Below are positions 42,961-55,900 of a stretch of 64,000 nt of DNA, one piece after another. Position 1 is the stretch's first letter. Each line of letters starts with the position of its first letter. The position numbers and the translations under genes are program-made. The DNA comes from Entomortierella parvispora E1425. Its lineage: Eukaryota; Fungi; Mortierellomycota. The stretch lies in contig BQFW01000012.1 in assembly GCA_020891255.1 (NCBI GenBank), positions 186,001 through 250,000 of the forward strand. The letters run 5' to 3'. Under the pieces are notes generated by a model. The model made no database searches. It saw only the letters and a program-made list of their open reading frames with translations, and had not been told where the DNA came from.

Positions 42961-44742
42961 ATGAATCCCCCACAGAACCCCCCTCCAATCCAGGCCAATG
43001 TTGGTGCTCCACCTCCTCGTCTACATACCCTCCAGAGTGTTACTGAACTCTGGCGTATGGTTCTAGGATACCTCACCCCAACTGAGATCGGTGCCCTTCG
43101 TCTGGTCGACCAGACAACGAACACCCGAAGCGCCCGCTGGCTCGATTTCGGCATCAATCTCCACTATATCTTCCCCGCCCTCCAAAGTCAAGAATACGGC
43201 GAGGACGAGATCTTTCCTCTGCTGCGGACCATCGCACCGAAAGTCAAGTTGCTGAACCTAGAAGTCGGCGATATGGATCCCATACACCACTCTACCCTCC
43301 CTTTCACCGACCTCGGTGAACGCCTTCTCACAGGAGCGCATCTTGAGCCAACTTTGATGATCCAACAGGGAACCTTCAGGGCTGCACTTGGCCCAACTTG
43401 GGATCTGATATTCTTCGGGCCACAAGTTCAGGCTCCAGTACAACGCTCGCAGCTCTTTTCTATGCTTACCTCGCTGACTCTGAAACTGAAGAGAAGAACC
43501 GGGGAGGACCACTCCATCAATGACCTATTCGACGCTCTTGTCGACGATGACGCTGGCTTCGTGATCGCAAGACAACTCACCTCTATTGACATACAATCGG
43601 AGGAGCGCGCACATCTCGAAGTCAATTGGAGACCCCTGAGGGCCTTCTTGGTTGCTAGCAGGCTCTCCCTTGAGTCTCTGACGCTGGTGTATATCAGTGT
43701 CCTCCCGTCCCCTGACTCTCCCATGCCCGGTGCTGGCGAACGGATGACAGCCTTGAGAACCCTGAAACTGGACGAATTCCGTATTAGAAATGAACACGCT
43801 AGAGTGAGGTTCTTGCGTTTCGTATCTCCTCAAGTGAGGACCTTGATCGTTCGCTCCATTGACTATGTCAAAAGAACTACTTCAGCGGGATCGATCGACA
43901 TTGACCCAGAGTTTAAATTGTTAGAGAAGCTGTACATGACAGGATTGAGCTTCCCACCAGACTGCGTAAGTTCAGTGGTGGCGCGTGTGAAGACCGGCAA
44001 CTTCAAGATCATGTCGATAGTCTTCCATAAGAGAGAAGACACCAGTCTCATGGAGAGTCTGTCGCTCGTCCCGAACTTCGATCTGGAGGAAATCACATTG
44101 CAGCCCTATTCAAGGAGTGCTGAAAACATCGTACGGAGCTTTTTCGAATTCCTTTGTCCGGCACTTCGGTCTTCGTCGTGCTGTTGGTTCCTTCGACGAT
44201 TGAGTTTCGATGGGCGCTATTCCAATCTCCCAAGATTCATTAAATCGCAAATGGCAGCCCGAGTTGGTCCTGGTTTGGACAACAACACCTATCGGACGGC
44301 CCTAACACCGCAAGTGCTGCAAAACATCATGCCCTGTGCCATTACCTTGGTATCGCTTCGCTTGGTTGACTCCGAAAACCGTGATATCAACCACCCAGAG
44401 GTTATTCCCTGGCTCAACAAGATTTTGCGAGGCCTTCTGAATCTCCGAGAGTTCAAGCTTGATCTCCCTCTTAGTGACTTGGAAATCTTCAGAGAGATGG
44501 GGGACCGAAGTCAAGATAACGATGGACAAGGAAACCAGCCAGAGGCTGTCCAAGAAGGAATTGTCCTGGCAGGAGTTGTCCCGGCAATGGACTGGCAGGG
44601 TGAGCGACCTTTCTTGGAGAAAATTGAGATAAGACTATCGCATGCGCTTGTGCAGTTTGGAGTCAACATTATTGAGAGAGACCTTAAGAGATGGTTCCGC
44701 TTCTTGCAAAAATTGGATGCACATCCTGCTCCCGGGGCCTAA
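42961..44742 (+). CDS. F-box-like / LRR hypothetical protein (593 aa)
   Basis: Uninterrupted ORF. F-box-like VTELWRMVLGYLTPTEIGALRLVD, then LxxLxL repeats. Confidence 0.8.
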   Translation: MNPPQNPPPIQANVGAPPPRLHTLQSVTELWRMVLGYLTPTEIGALRLVDQTTNTRSARWLDFGINLHYIFPALQSQEYGEDEIFPLLRTIAPKVKLLNLEVGDMDPIHHSTLPFTDLGERLLTGAHLEPTLMIQQGTFRAALGPTWDLIFFGPQVQAPVQRSQLFSMLTSLTLKLKRRTGEDHSINDLFDALVDDDAGFVIARQLTSIDIQSEERAHLEVNWRPLRAFLVASRLSLESLTLVYISVLPSPDSPMPGAGERMTALRTLKLDEFRIRNEHARVRFLRFVSPQVRTLIVRSIDYVKRTTSAGSIDIDPEFKLLEKLYMTGLSFPPDCVSSVVARVKTGNFKIMSIVFHKREDTSLMESLSLVPNFDLEEITLQPYSRSAENIVRSFFEFLCPALRSSSCCWFLRRLSFDGRYSNLPRFIKSQMAARVGPGLDNNTYRTALTPQVLQNIMPCAITLVSLRLVDSENRDINHPEVIPWLNKILRGLLNLREFKLDLPLSDLEIFREMGDRSQDNDGQGNQPEAVQEGIVLAGVVPAMDWQGERPFLEKIEIRLSHALVQFGVNIIERDLKRWFRFLQKLDAHPAPGA

Positions 44743-45696
44743 TAGGGATCTATCTTTCCATCGACCTCTCTACCTGAAATAAAATGTGTTCTTTTGATGA
44801 AGATGCGTAACTATACATATTCTTCGAATAGTATGTTTTTTACTTAGAGATCAAGAACGGTAGAAGGGCAGGAGTGAAGGTGTATATTCGAGCAGACCCG
44901 ATTCCGAACTTCGGCCAGCAATACAAATAATAAAGCATTTATGGGTAAAGCATCGAGTCTAGAGCCGGAGCACAGAACATCCGATCCTTTCTCTTTCTGT
45001 TGGAGAGCCGTCGCCGCTTTGGGGCCAACCAAGAAGGATTTCAAGTCGAATCGCCACCTATGATGGACGAACAACAACATTTAGATGGTCGTCGCTGTAC
45101 TTCAAGCGGCTACATTATAGCTGTTAGTTCTGATGTTGGTAGTGGTAAGCTCATCTTCAGAGGTAATAGGTGGAAGGGTCAACGAACTGAGAATCGTCCA
45201 CTAGGAATGTAAACTTCGGTGCAATATTATTTTTTGTTGTTGTTGTTGGGGACTTTTCGCGGGTACAAAAGTATGGCTCGTTCAAACATGCCTACAGCGA
45301 TATGGAAAAATAAGTAGGGATTTAGTGATGTAGACGATAGTATGTAGAAGAATGGCTAGGAGGAGAGAAGAGGATAAGAGGAGAGAGGAGATGGGAGAGG
45401 AGGAAAGAGCGCTGAAAAAAGAAAAGTGAGGAAGAGACGCATGCACTTTTGCGCGAGAGGGTCCGAGCGGCCCCATATCCCAAACATGGCTTTCATTTCA
45501 TTCCATCGGCAATGCATCTTCTCCTCGATCCCATGTCATGCGCCCTCGAACCCCTCGCATTACTGCATCTGGCACGACCCATCCTGCATGTTGTCCTGAA
45601 TAATTCATTATTCTTTCATTTCACCCTTCTTCTGGTTTGTTGGCGCTCCATTCCTTCGCTTCTCCCTCTTTGAACCTAATAGCGCTGAACCACGCA

Positions 45697-48001
45697 ATGG
45701 TCGTTTATCCCCGGCTCGTTGGCGTGCTCCTCCGAGGTCGCTCCAACTGGAAAGCAGTGGCCGAGACCGATCTCTTTGTACTCCAGCACCACCCAAGACA
45801 GACCCGCCGCCCTTTTCGAATCATCACTCGCGGCTTTCCCCATTATTGTGGTATGAACTACCCTTCGCGCCCAAAGAACGACCGAAGCTCACTCTTCACC
45901 ATGACTAATCAAAAACAATGCCGTGTTTTCCCACTCTTATCCTCATAGTTGCTGAAGGAGAGTTTGTAGAGCAGCTAAAAGCAGAACTGGACATGCTGAC
46001 TCGAGAAGCGAAAGAGGCCATCGGAGGTATCATGGGCTTTGGAATAGAAGCTCAGGGAGCGACCACGCCTGTCAAAATTACCTCCAAAAAGATCTCAAAC
46101 TGGCTCAAGGGACTGACTGGCGAGGTATTAGGAGAGTCGCACGCTTCCATGGCTTGAAGCGGTCGATGTCGTTACTGAGCATTCCTGCTTCATCTCTGTT
46201 TTCTCTTTAGCCTGTGTATCCTCAGAGAGGCAATATGGCTGGCTCATTACAGGAGAATGATGATGAAGAAAATGAGGTCGAAGTAGACGTAGAGTTAGAG
46301 GAGGAGGACGAGCAACCATTAGTCGATGATGTGGATATGGAAGGATACGATGACATAGGCATGGGTGTCGAGAATAATTCTCTAGGCGAATTGTCGTACT
46401 CTCGACAACACTCAAAACAATCGCAGGGACGACACCTTCAGGATGAAGATGGATATCTGTCAGATCTATCCACTCTTTCGAACGAAAGCCTGCATCAAAT
46501 GACAACGTCTAGTTTGAACGACAAGGCCATATCTGATAGACATGAGGACATGAACCGTGCCACTGCTACATCAATGGTTCCGAAAATGAGGGTTCATGCA
46601 GGCCCATCTACACAGCGTCAGGCCCAACACCAACCCAATGGAGAGGCGTGCATTCCATTGGGCCAGCAGACAGTTAAAAGTACCTTCGTAGTAGCAGGTG
46701 CTGACGGCGAGATGCTTATCTCGCCTATGCCTCGAGCACCAAGACCACAACATCGTTCTATCGTGGAGGATCACGGCAGACATGGATTTCCTTTCTTTGA
46801 TGGTGAAGAAGCAAATTATATGTCACAACTGGAAGAGCCCTCTGGACAGCCGGAGCGAACACTGTCTGCCCCGCCTATTACTCCTCACAGGGCACCACCG
46901 TCATTACCAATGGCTTCAGCTCTTTTGCACGGAGAGTCTCCTATTTCACGGGATATTGGATCTACAACCTATGTTCGCCCCCGTATGCATCCTCATCAAT
47001 CATCTCTACCTCTTTCATCAATGGCGTTGGAGCGACATTGTGGACTGGAAAAGCAGGGGCTACCGTCACCAATACAAAAACAACTCCGTACAGTGGGACA
47101 GTATGGCATCGAAGAAGATAATGACCAACCACTGAGGACAGAGTCGTCAAAAACAGGAGGGTCAGCTAAAACCCCGTTGCAACGTCGTCGAACTTGTCAA
47201 AGGGAAAAGGATATCAGCGCAGGATCCCCCTTACCCATACAAATGGATAGTCAGACAGACGAACCTTTCTCATCCAAACTACACAGCGGAGACAATGGGC
47301 ACATCGGCGTACTAAATCCTAGGCGAGGATCTCATGACGACATCCATGCGTTGCGCTCGATTTTAAAGCGAGCACGGTCACCCAAGATATCCTCCTTTCC
47401 CCCTCTTTCTGCTCCCGTGTATGGACTCAGTCCTATCCCCGGCCCACCAACCCGAACAATGTCGTCGCCTTCGCCTGCTTTGGCGACTTTGCCATCGTCC
47501 ACATCTCTTCCGACAGGATTAAACGAACAAAGCCAAGCTGAAACACAAGCAAGATCAAGGAACCACGGAACCTCTCCCTCCTTCATGTCTGTTCCCCTGG
47601 GCTGGTTTACCAGTACTAGCCAGATAAACACATCGTACTCTGGCGCCGGATCTCGGAACCGGCGGCGAGCTTCAGATGGCGGCAGTGTTCAATCGTCTGG
47701 TGAGAAAGCCAGGGTTGAGCCTGTCGATGTTAGCGTCAGCGCCGGCGCTGACGCCAAAGCTAAGAATGAAGGTCATCCTTCTCCCGAGTCTCCAGGAACG
47801 GGTATCCAAACGAAAACAATAGGCTCAAGATCGGATCGACGAAAACCTCAGACAACAATTCTGGATCTTCCGTTTCATATCATTGCATTGTTGACGTACC
47901 CTGAACCGGAGACCGGATATTCTGCGAAGGATGCTCAAAGGATTATATTTGAAAGTAAGAATTCACACCAAGAAATGGCGTGCAAACAGTTTCTGCCCCT
48001 T

Positions 48002-48034
<33 letters not shown>

Positions 48035-48798
48035 CTGACGGTATCTATATGAAATCTCATCTAGGGCAAGAACGTACCTTTGTTCGACAGAGACGACGAG
48101 CTTTGATGCTACTTAGCTGCTTTATATTGACGGTTCGATACTGTAGCCTTGACTTCTTCTTGGTGATTTTGGTCGCCACCAATTGCGGACTATTGTATTT
48201 GATGAAGCGCTCAGGACAGCATGTGGATGTCACTATGGCCAAGAAGGTCGTCCATCGAAAATTGAACTTGTTCAAGAGTTGGACCGCAGGGTTGTTCCAT
48301 CAAGACTCTGTCAAGGCTGAAAGCTATTCAAAAGAGATAGTAGCTTTTGGACTTGGGTCGGAGACCATGAGCCATAGTCAGTCGGCCGAGGATATAGAGC
48401 AGAACCACGGGAGAAGGAACAAAAGTTCCAGGGTTGTCACTATTGCCTCTACCACCGATCCCGGCCTTAATTCTAAACCACCTCAGTACATGCTGGAACT
48501 TCAGTTATCACAGTCGCAGAATAAGATGAAAAAGGACGACGTGCAATCGCTTGTGGTGGCACTCTCCAGGTCTGGTACGCCCACACTGGCTCCTTCACTC
48601 ATCAGCCCTGGCGTAACTCTGAAGAAGAGGCGATTCTTTGGGAAGGCTAAACCAGGGTCTAATTCATCTGCTACAACCGTTGCTGCTGCAACAGTAACAT
48701 CAATACCCATGGCCATTGCCAATGACACAGAGCAAAATCCTTCGACCCCCAACAGTCCTGTAGTTTCTTCTTCAAACTCTCCAGGAGACACAACATAG
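45697..48798 (+). CDS. Multi-exon hypothetical low-complexity protein with a hydrophobic (TM-like) segment near the C-terminus
   Basis: Long ORFs 46214-48052 and 48049-48798 join via intron 47955-48064 (GTAAGA...CTGAC...CTAG, phase 1). Upstream exons are inferred from GT-AG sites at about 45850-45950 and 46124-46210. Confidence 0.6.
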
Positions 48799-48831
48799 AG
48801 AACTGAAGTCCAAATACAATTATTACCAGGT

Positions 48832-48862
<31 letters not shown>

Positions 48863-48957
48863 GAAATGTAATGACAAATGATGGATTTCAATTCTATGAT
48901 ATTTCTCGTCTTCTCCTGTAGTTCTCCAATAGTGGAATGAACAAGGCATCCTTTGCT

Positions 48958-50202
48958 TTACAGGTTCTTTCTCCACTGGGCCATAGCCTTGTTCAACTCC
49001 TCGGCCTTGTCTTGCTTTCCATTGGCCTCATAGACCTTATGCAAGGCCTCGGCAGCAGCCACAACCTCTGCAGCTCTCTTCCTCGTCAAGGGCTCCTCCT
49101 TCTCACCATTGATCAACAGCAACTCGTCCATCGTCACCTCAGCTCTCCTTTGACCTTCCTCAGATCCCAAAGCCAACGAACCCCGGATAAGGTTTGAGTA
49201 GACAGCGAAATCGTCCGCGGGCAGGTTATAGTAAGGCATCAAAGCCATGGTCTTGAAGGCTCCATCCAACTTCTCCAATGCCAACTCCTGGTTTCCAGCA
49301 CCAACAGCATCCTCGACACCCCGGACAAAGGATCGCACAACACGACGAACGGTGCCCTGTCCTGGAGACAAGCCATAAACTTCACGATCGCCCAACAACT
49401 GAATGGCAATCTCGGGCGATTGAGCCTTGGTGGTATGGCAGACGGCCTGAATCAACTTGTCAGAGATCAAGGGGGTGATGGGCAATTTGCGCTGACGCCA
49501 TTGTTGGACCAATTCTGGCAAGGCGGCGGCCTGATCAGCGGTTGTGACAGTTTTCAAGAGGTGGTAGAGAGCAGTGTGGCGGGGCAATTGGTGGACTGGG
49601 GTTGAGATCTGGGTCTTCTCCAAGATCGCATCGTACTTCTCCTGGAATTGTGAAGATGCTGCTGAAGAGGAAGAATCCTCGCTGTTGCTGTTGTCCTGAA
49701 GGGTCTCGCCCTTCTCCAGTGCCTCGAGCTCACGCTTCTCCTGCTCCAATGCGGCGAGTTCAGCCTCAAGTTCCTCATCATCGTCATCCATGATAGCGTG
49801 CTTCTTGCTCTTGAGAACTAAAGGAGCGACATAATCGAAAGTGGAAAGGAGAAAGAGGGTTAGTAGCAGTTTACGATCCGATCTGGCAGAGGCCAACCGA
49901 TCGTGTGGAATAAGTAACAAGAAAAGAAACTGGCACATACCAGAGTCGGTAGGTCTGAAAGCATGGTATTGGCGGGCGATCATGACCGCGGGAGCTACGT
50001 TGGCAGAGAATACATATTGACAGTTAATATATCGTGAGGTGAGCAAGCAGAAGGGTCTCAGGGTTTGTCCGGGGTACTCTCTTCTTTGTTCCTGAGAGAA
50101 AGAGTTGGAGAGCTTACCCTGGCGAGTGCGAACAACAACGCGAGGAGCTGAGGCAGAGGCCCTGGTGGCGATACGGGCCATGGAGCGAACGAAGGCAGCC
50201 AT
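48958..50202 (-). CDS. Predicted mitochondrial helical-repeat (PPR-like, MRPS27/PTCD2-reminiscent) protein
   Basis: Arg/Ala/Ser-rich presequence MAAFVRSMARIATRASASAPR; short introns in the 5' part; motif IAIQLLGDREVYGLSP. Confidence 0.6.
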   Translation of the reverse strand: MAAFVRSMARIATRASASAPRVVVRTRQGKLSNSFSQEQRREYPGQTLRPFCLLTSRYINCQYVFSANVAPAVMIARQYHAFRPTDSGMCQFLFLLLIPHDRLASARSDRKLLLTLFLLSTFDYVAPLVLKSKKHAIMDDDDEELEAELAALEQEKRELEALEKGETLQDNSNSEDSSSSAASSQFQEKYDAILEKTQISTPVHQLPRHTALYHLLKTVTTADQAAALPELVQQWRQRKLPITPLISDKLIQAVCHTTKAQSPEIAIQLLGDREVYGLSPGQGTVRRVVRSFVRGVEDAVGAGNQELALEKLDGAFKTMALMPYYNLPADDFAVYSNLIRGSLALGSEEGQRRAEVTMDELLLINGEKEEPLTRKRAAEVVAAAEALHKVYEANGKQDKAEELNKAMAQWRKNL

Positions 50203-50646
50203 GGTGAGAGAAAGGGCGTGGGTGCTGCGACGAGGAATCAGGAGGATGAATGAATGAATGAATGAATGCGAGGTTGCCCCGAAGAAGTTTGTTGCAATGC
50301 ATTGTTCGGTCCCGTCCCTGTGTTTGAACCAAAAGGAGCGGAGGGGCTTCTGTGCCGTGCAAGATTGCGCACGGTGAGAGACAAGGATTCAAAAGTCAAC
50401 AAAAAGTCACGCTAAGCCACCGACCGAGGGAGACCGCTTTGGGACAAAAAAAAAAAGAAAAAAAAAAGTTGCCCTCTCGTACCTTGCTTGGCCTTGAACA
50501 GCGAAACAAAAGAGAGACGACGTTCATTCACCTTCCCTCACTCTTTGACAAACGCATTCATTCTGTAGTCGGGATAGCAAGCAGGACAACACAACCTCCC
50601 CTTCTCTCTTTCACCACATCCATATACACAGACACAGACTCACATC

Positions 50647-52723
50647 ATGGGCAAAAAACAGTTCATTGACCGCAAGAACGCCCGTCACTTCCATCTCGTC
50701 CATCGTTCGCAGAGAGACCCCCTCTCCCGTGATGAATCTGCACCCCAGCGAGTTCTCAAGGAGGTTATCCCTGCTAACTTGGTCGGAAAGGTGCCTCAGC
50801 CCCGTGAGGAATACGACGATGAATATTCGGATGGAGAGGCCGATATCTTTGGAGGCAAAGGCGATGTGGACGGGATTAACTACGGCACCTATGATCGTGA
50901 GGACGAGGAGGTCGAGTTGATTGAGACCCCCACAGGAGGCATCACCGCCGGAGCCAGCCACTACCTTAAAGCAGATCATAAGCACACCCTTGGAAAGCAG
51001 AATGAAGAGTAAGAACCAGAAAGCGTTGGAAGAACAACACAGCCATCATCAAGTATCTAATATCTCTTTTCTCTGGCTGTCTTTGTAGTAAAATTGGTCA
51101 GGCTGCATTGTTGGGTTTGGTCGACAAGGAATTCAACGATGGATCATATGATTACACCCAGCATTTCAAAGAGATTGGACGATCGGCCGACAGTGTCTTT
51201 GTCCCTGCCAAGCAACCCAAGCAATCTGTCGCCTCCAAAGGAATTCAGTTCACAGATGCCTCTGCCGCTGAGGAGATGTCACGGGATCCCACCCTTGCCA
51301 AGAGTGCTGCGGGAGCCAAGAAGGGACTTCGTCTTCCCTCTGGAGTATTGCAGTCGCGCGAGGAATTGGACTTTGCAGATGTTTATCAATCAGCCATGCC
51401 CGAGGGTCTTCAACCCGACATGGACGCTGATCTCCGTGAGGTCTTGGAAGCCTTGGAGGACGAGGAGTTTGAGGATGCCGAGGTTGGAGAGGACTTCTTC
51501 GATGTCTTGGATGCGGATGAGGTGGATGCCGAGACTGTGCACCGGTACAAGAACAAGAAGTATGATCTCATGGAGGATGAGGATGATCAGGAAGGTGGCG
51601 AGAACGACGACCAGGCTCAAGACTGGCAAGCACAGTTCAGAAAGTTTAAGCAGGAGCGCTATGCCGGCTCGGACAATGACTCCTTTGAGGGCTCGGATGA
51701 CGACTATGAGGATGATGGTTCAAGCGCCTCGAGATATTCTCGTCGTCCCGCAGGAGCGTCAGCTTCCACCTTCTCCATGTCCTCCTCCGCCATGTTCCGT
51801 AACGAGAACCTGACCCATTTGGATGAGCGTTTCGACAAGATTGAGCGGGAATATGAAGATTCAGATGAGGAAGAAGAGGATGAAGAGGGACCCCAAGGGC
51901 CCGAGCGCGAGGATTTGGATTCTATCCTGGATGATTTCCTGGACAAGTTTGAGATTGTTGGCTCCAAGATGGTCCCAAGACTAGAGGGCGCGACTTCGGA
52001 GAACAAGCTTTCTACGATGCGCAGGGCCATGTTGGTGGACGATGCTGAGGATGAAAAGTCGGTCGCGACCACTGTCGGTGGTACTCGCCGGAGTAAGAAG
52101 AACTTGGACGATGATATCGCAACTGAGCTGCAGACGGATTTCAGGAGTCGTGCTGAACGCTTGAGGGACTCTTGGGATGTCCAGACCATTTTGAGTAAGT
52201 TTTTTTTTTTTTTTTTTTTTTTTTGGTGTTTTTACTTTTTTGATATATGACACGGCAAGGACTGACCCTGCAAATACTCAATTTTCTCCCTATAGGCACA
52301 TACTCCAACTTGGATAACCACCCTGGAATGATCAAGGAGCAGAACCGCCGCAGGATACACATCGACCCCAAGACGGGCATGCCCGTCGTCACTGAAAAGC
52401 TGTCAAAGAAGGCCTTGATCAAGCAACAAGAGATGATGGAATCTGCCAAGAAGTCCCAGCAGGAGGGTGACAGTGACGATGACTTTGAGGATCAGGATGA
52501 TTTCGACGGCTCTGAGGGTGAGGCCGAGAATTTGGGCGTAAAGCGTAACAAGGCCGAGACCAAGGAGGAAAAGAAGGCCCGTAAAGAAGCCATTAAGCAA
52601 GAGAAGAAGATGCGCCGTGAGACCAAGAAGGCAACAAAGACTGCATTCGCAAGCGAGAGGACACGACAGGAGAAGGTCATGAAGAACTTGAAGAAGGGCC
52701 ATGGTGTTACCCACATTGATTAA
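50647..52723 (+). CDS. LTV1: 40S ribosome biogenesis factor Ltv1
   Basis: MGKKQFIDRKNARHFHLVHRSQRDPL, YDYTQHFKEIG, SMSSSAMFRNENLTHLDERFD, WDVQTILSTYSNLDNHP. Introns at about 51009-51088 and 52195-52295. Confidence 0.93.
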
Positions 52724-52959
52724 ATGAATGGCTCGGAATAGCGTTCCTCTTGGAGGACGGAAGAAAGGGACGGAATCTCAGTGTCTTATCGCATTTTTAG
52801 ACCATACATCGCATGCATCAGTATTCATACCACTATCACATTTCATTAAAGAAAAAGAAAAGAAACAAATTCTTGAGTTCTGTCGAGTTTGACCAGTTTA
52901 TTCTGTTGCAGTTGGAGAATGAGCGTCCGATCCGCTCTACAGGCGAGGACCACCCACCT

Positions 52960-55900
52960 TTAGTTCATTTCATCAAACTCCTCTTGCTCTTTCTGATTCA
53001 CTTTGGCAACGAAATCCAGTAGCTCCGTGATTTTTTGAACCAAGCTGACGGGCACCCATTTAGTAGAGGCAGTCTCAGAGCCGCCGGCATACTCATCTCC
53101 AGTACCGTTGTCGGCTGAAGTATCTTTCCTCTTCATGCCAGCAACGACGCTAGGCACCTCCGTCACGTTTGTAATCGGGCATGGATTGACGGATGTTCCG
53201 ATCAGTCCGTCGCGAGAGCTGTCTCGAAGTCCACGAACGCTCTCTTTCGATATTTCAACACAATGCATTGTTGGTTCTTCCTTTTGCATCCAGCATCCCT
53301 CTGCTACCTCATCAGCTTCAAGCAACTCGTGCACTTCGCTCTCGATCAAATTGGGCGGAGGCAAGGCGAGACTCATGAGCATCGTGGCCAATTGCTCGTA
53401 CATTCTCTGAAGCGACCGGTCGTGGCCCGTCAGCAGAGGTACAACTCGCTCATATCGGCGAAAGAGGCCAGAAAGGTAGATCCCTAACTCGAACATATGA
53501 AAGGTTCACTCTTACTGCATGTTTGGGCGGAGCTAAGCAAGGACAGGCACGGTAGACATCTGCAAAGATGATAAAATTTACCTCGTTGGACGACGTGTAC
53601 CGGCATGTTGGCCATGGAGGCGCAAGCTGGGCCAAGAGAAGATGGAGTCTTGCCAGGAATCACCCTGCGGATAGAATTTTTATATCAATTACTGATAAGA
53701 TCTTACAAATAGTAATGCAATTGTTGTAGAGGCTCACTACCTGAACAGGAACGTTGCTTCAAGGCCGCTAGGTTCTTGATAGACCTCCATGGTGAACAGG
53801 GAAATCGGTAATTTCAAATCCAACAACTGGTTCTCCAGAAGCTCATGGAAGTGTGTAGTGGCCACAACTTTTGGTCCATTCCCTTGATTATCTGATTGTG
53901 CCTTGGCGTAATGTTCAATTACGCCGGCGAACATCCCAGCGCCATCTAACAAGAGAATGATCCAAGTTAATGTGTCGCCGACATCGTTTCTCCTCTTGAA
54001 AGACACATCGCGCCATTTTGGCCAGCAAGTAAGCTCGTACCTGTCGCTGCGGTGCCTTTGCCAAATTCATCCAAGATAACCAATGAACGTTGCGTTGCCT
54101 GTCGTTGAGCTAATGTCACTTGATGGAGGTCTGTCATGAAAGCACTTTGCATCTAGTCGAATTGATGAACAATGTGAACATGCCATACTGCATTGAGGAT
54201 GCTAGCCGCTGATGAAATCCTACACTCGAAACTGTCTCTCGTGTTTGCAGACGTGTTAGAATCTTGTCCGTAAGTCCAATAAATGCCGACTCGGCAGGGA
54301 CAAAGCATCCCACATGGGCCATGTACGTAATCAACGCCACCTAATCCAACCGCAATATGATGTTCACCAGTTAGTATGATAACAGGATATAAAAAGACGG
54401 ATCGGCATCATCAATCTATTCCCCCTACCTGCTTGAGGTAGATACTTTTGCCAGAGCTATTAGCACCGGTCAGGACCATTACTCGGTTGTCAGCTAGCTC
54501 GTCAGTAAAAGGTAAAATGGACATGTTTCCCGTGTTAGATTGATTCAGGTACCCTAGGAGTCACACCCACCAGCTCTAGCTTCATCTTCTGCTGGGAAAG
54601 ACAGTCAACTGCCAAATGGGAACTGGGGACTAATACCTCCCAACTCAGTATCGTTGGCCACGAAGGAGTTCACAACCAGCTCTTGCAAAGGATGTCTAAG
54701 TCGTTGAATGATAAGGCAAAACTATAAGCACTCTGGGGCATAACAGTCATGGGACCCTTCAAGGTGAGCACCTACCGCCCTTTCACAATCCTTAAGATAT
54801 TCTGATCAGACATGGTCGGCTGTCTGTAATTATTGACTCTTGCTACTTCTGCAAAAGATACCAGCCTAGAGGGAAGAAAAGGAAAACGGTCAGCTGAGTT
54901 GACAAAAACAATATGGAACCCAGTATGGCGTTTCACTTACACGTCGAGTTCAGCGCACAAGTCGCTGCACGTCACCAGCAATTGACTATATTGGAGTACA
55001 TGTTCCTGTAGGCTTTGAAGAATATCGATTTCACGATCTGAAACGATATTATCAGATAGAGATCTTAATATGTCTATTTTGCAGACCCCAGTGCTTACCG
55101 ACAATGAGGCCATGGATGTCACCAAGGTGCTCGTCAAGCTCTAGTAACAGGGACAAAGAAGTTGGCGTCAACAAACTTCTGAAGTGTACATGCAAACTGC
55201 CATTCGGCCTGCAAGTGCAATTGCTTGAGTTCATTACCACGCATCGCATTGTTTTTGTAGTAGACGGTGGTTTCGGTGCTGAACTGTTTGAGTCCCAAAT
55301 GCATCATCAGCGCCTGATTATATTCCATTTACAGACTAACAGCACGCGGTATACCTGGTAGCAGAGACCATCCAGAATAAAATCCTGCTCCGTCTTCCAG
55401 TTTGGATTCATGGGCATCGTAATGAGGTATCCGAGTTGAGGGAAGTAGATCACGTTTATCGTTGACGTAAACTCAGATGGGATCGTGAGACTAATCTCTT
55501 TGGCAATCTCCGAGAGGAAACTATCCAGGCCATGGTAGTTTTGTCGCATGCGATCTAGTTCTTCGTCCACATTGTGCTTGACTACACACCGACCCTCGTT
55601 CACGCTCTCATCGAAATCGACCACGTCATTAATGAACGCTCCGATGTCCTTCAAGTCTTTAACAGATAGTTTCGCATGGATCTAATGTGGTATACGTGTC
55701 ATTCATATGTAGTTCTGCCTCCTGTGCATCAACTGAAATGGGAACGTACCTGTTGCATGATGGGTGACTCAACCACGAAAACTTCTTGCGAAACGCTGTA
55801 GATTTTCAACCCGTAATAAACAAACTGTGACAAAAAAAAAACGAATGAGTCCCAGAGTTAATGGCCAAAGTGATCTGTAATCTGGCGACTCGAATTTGTA

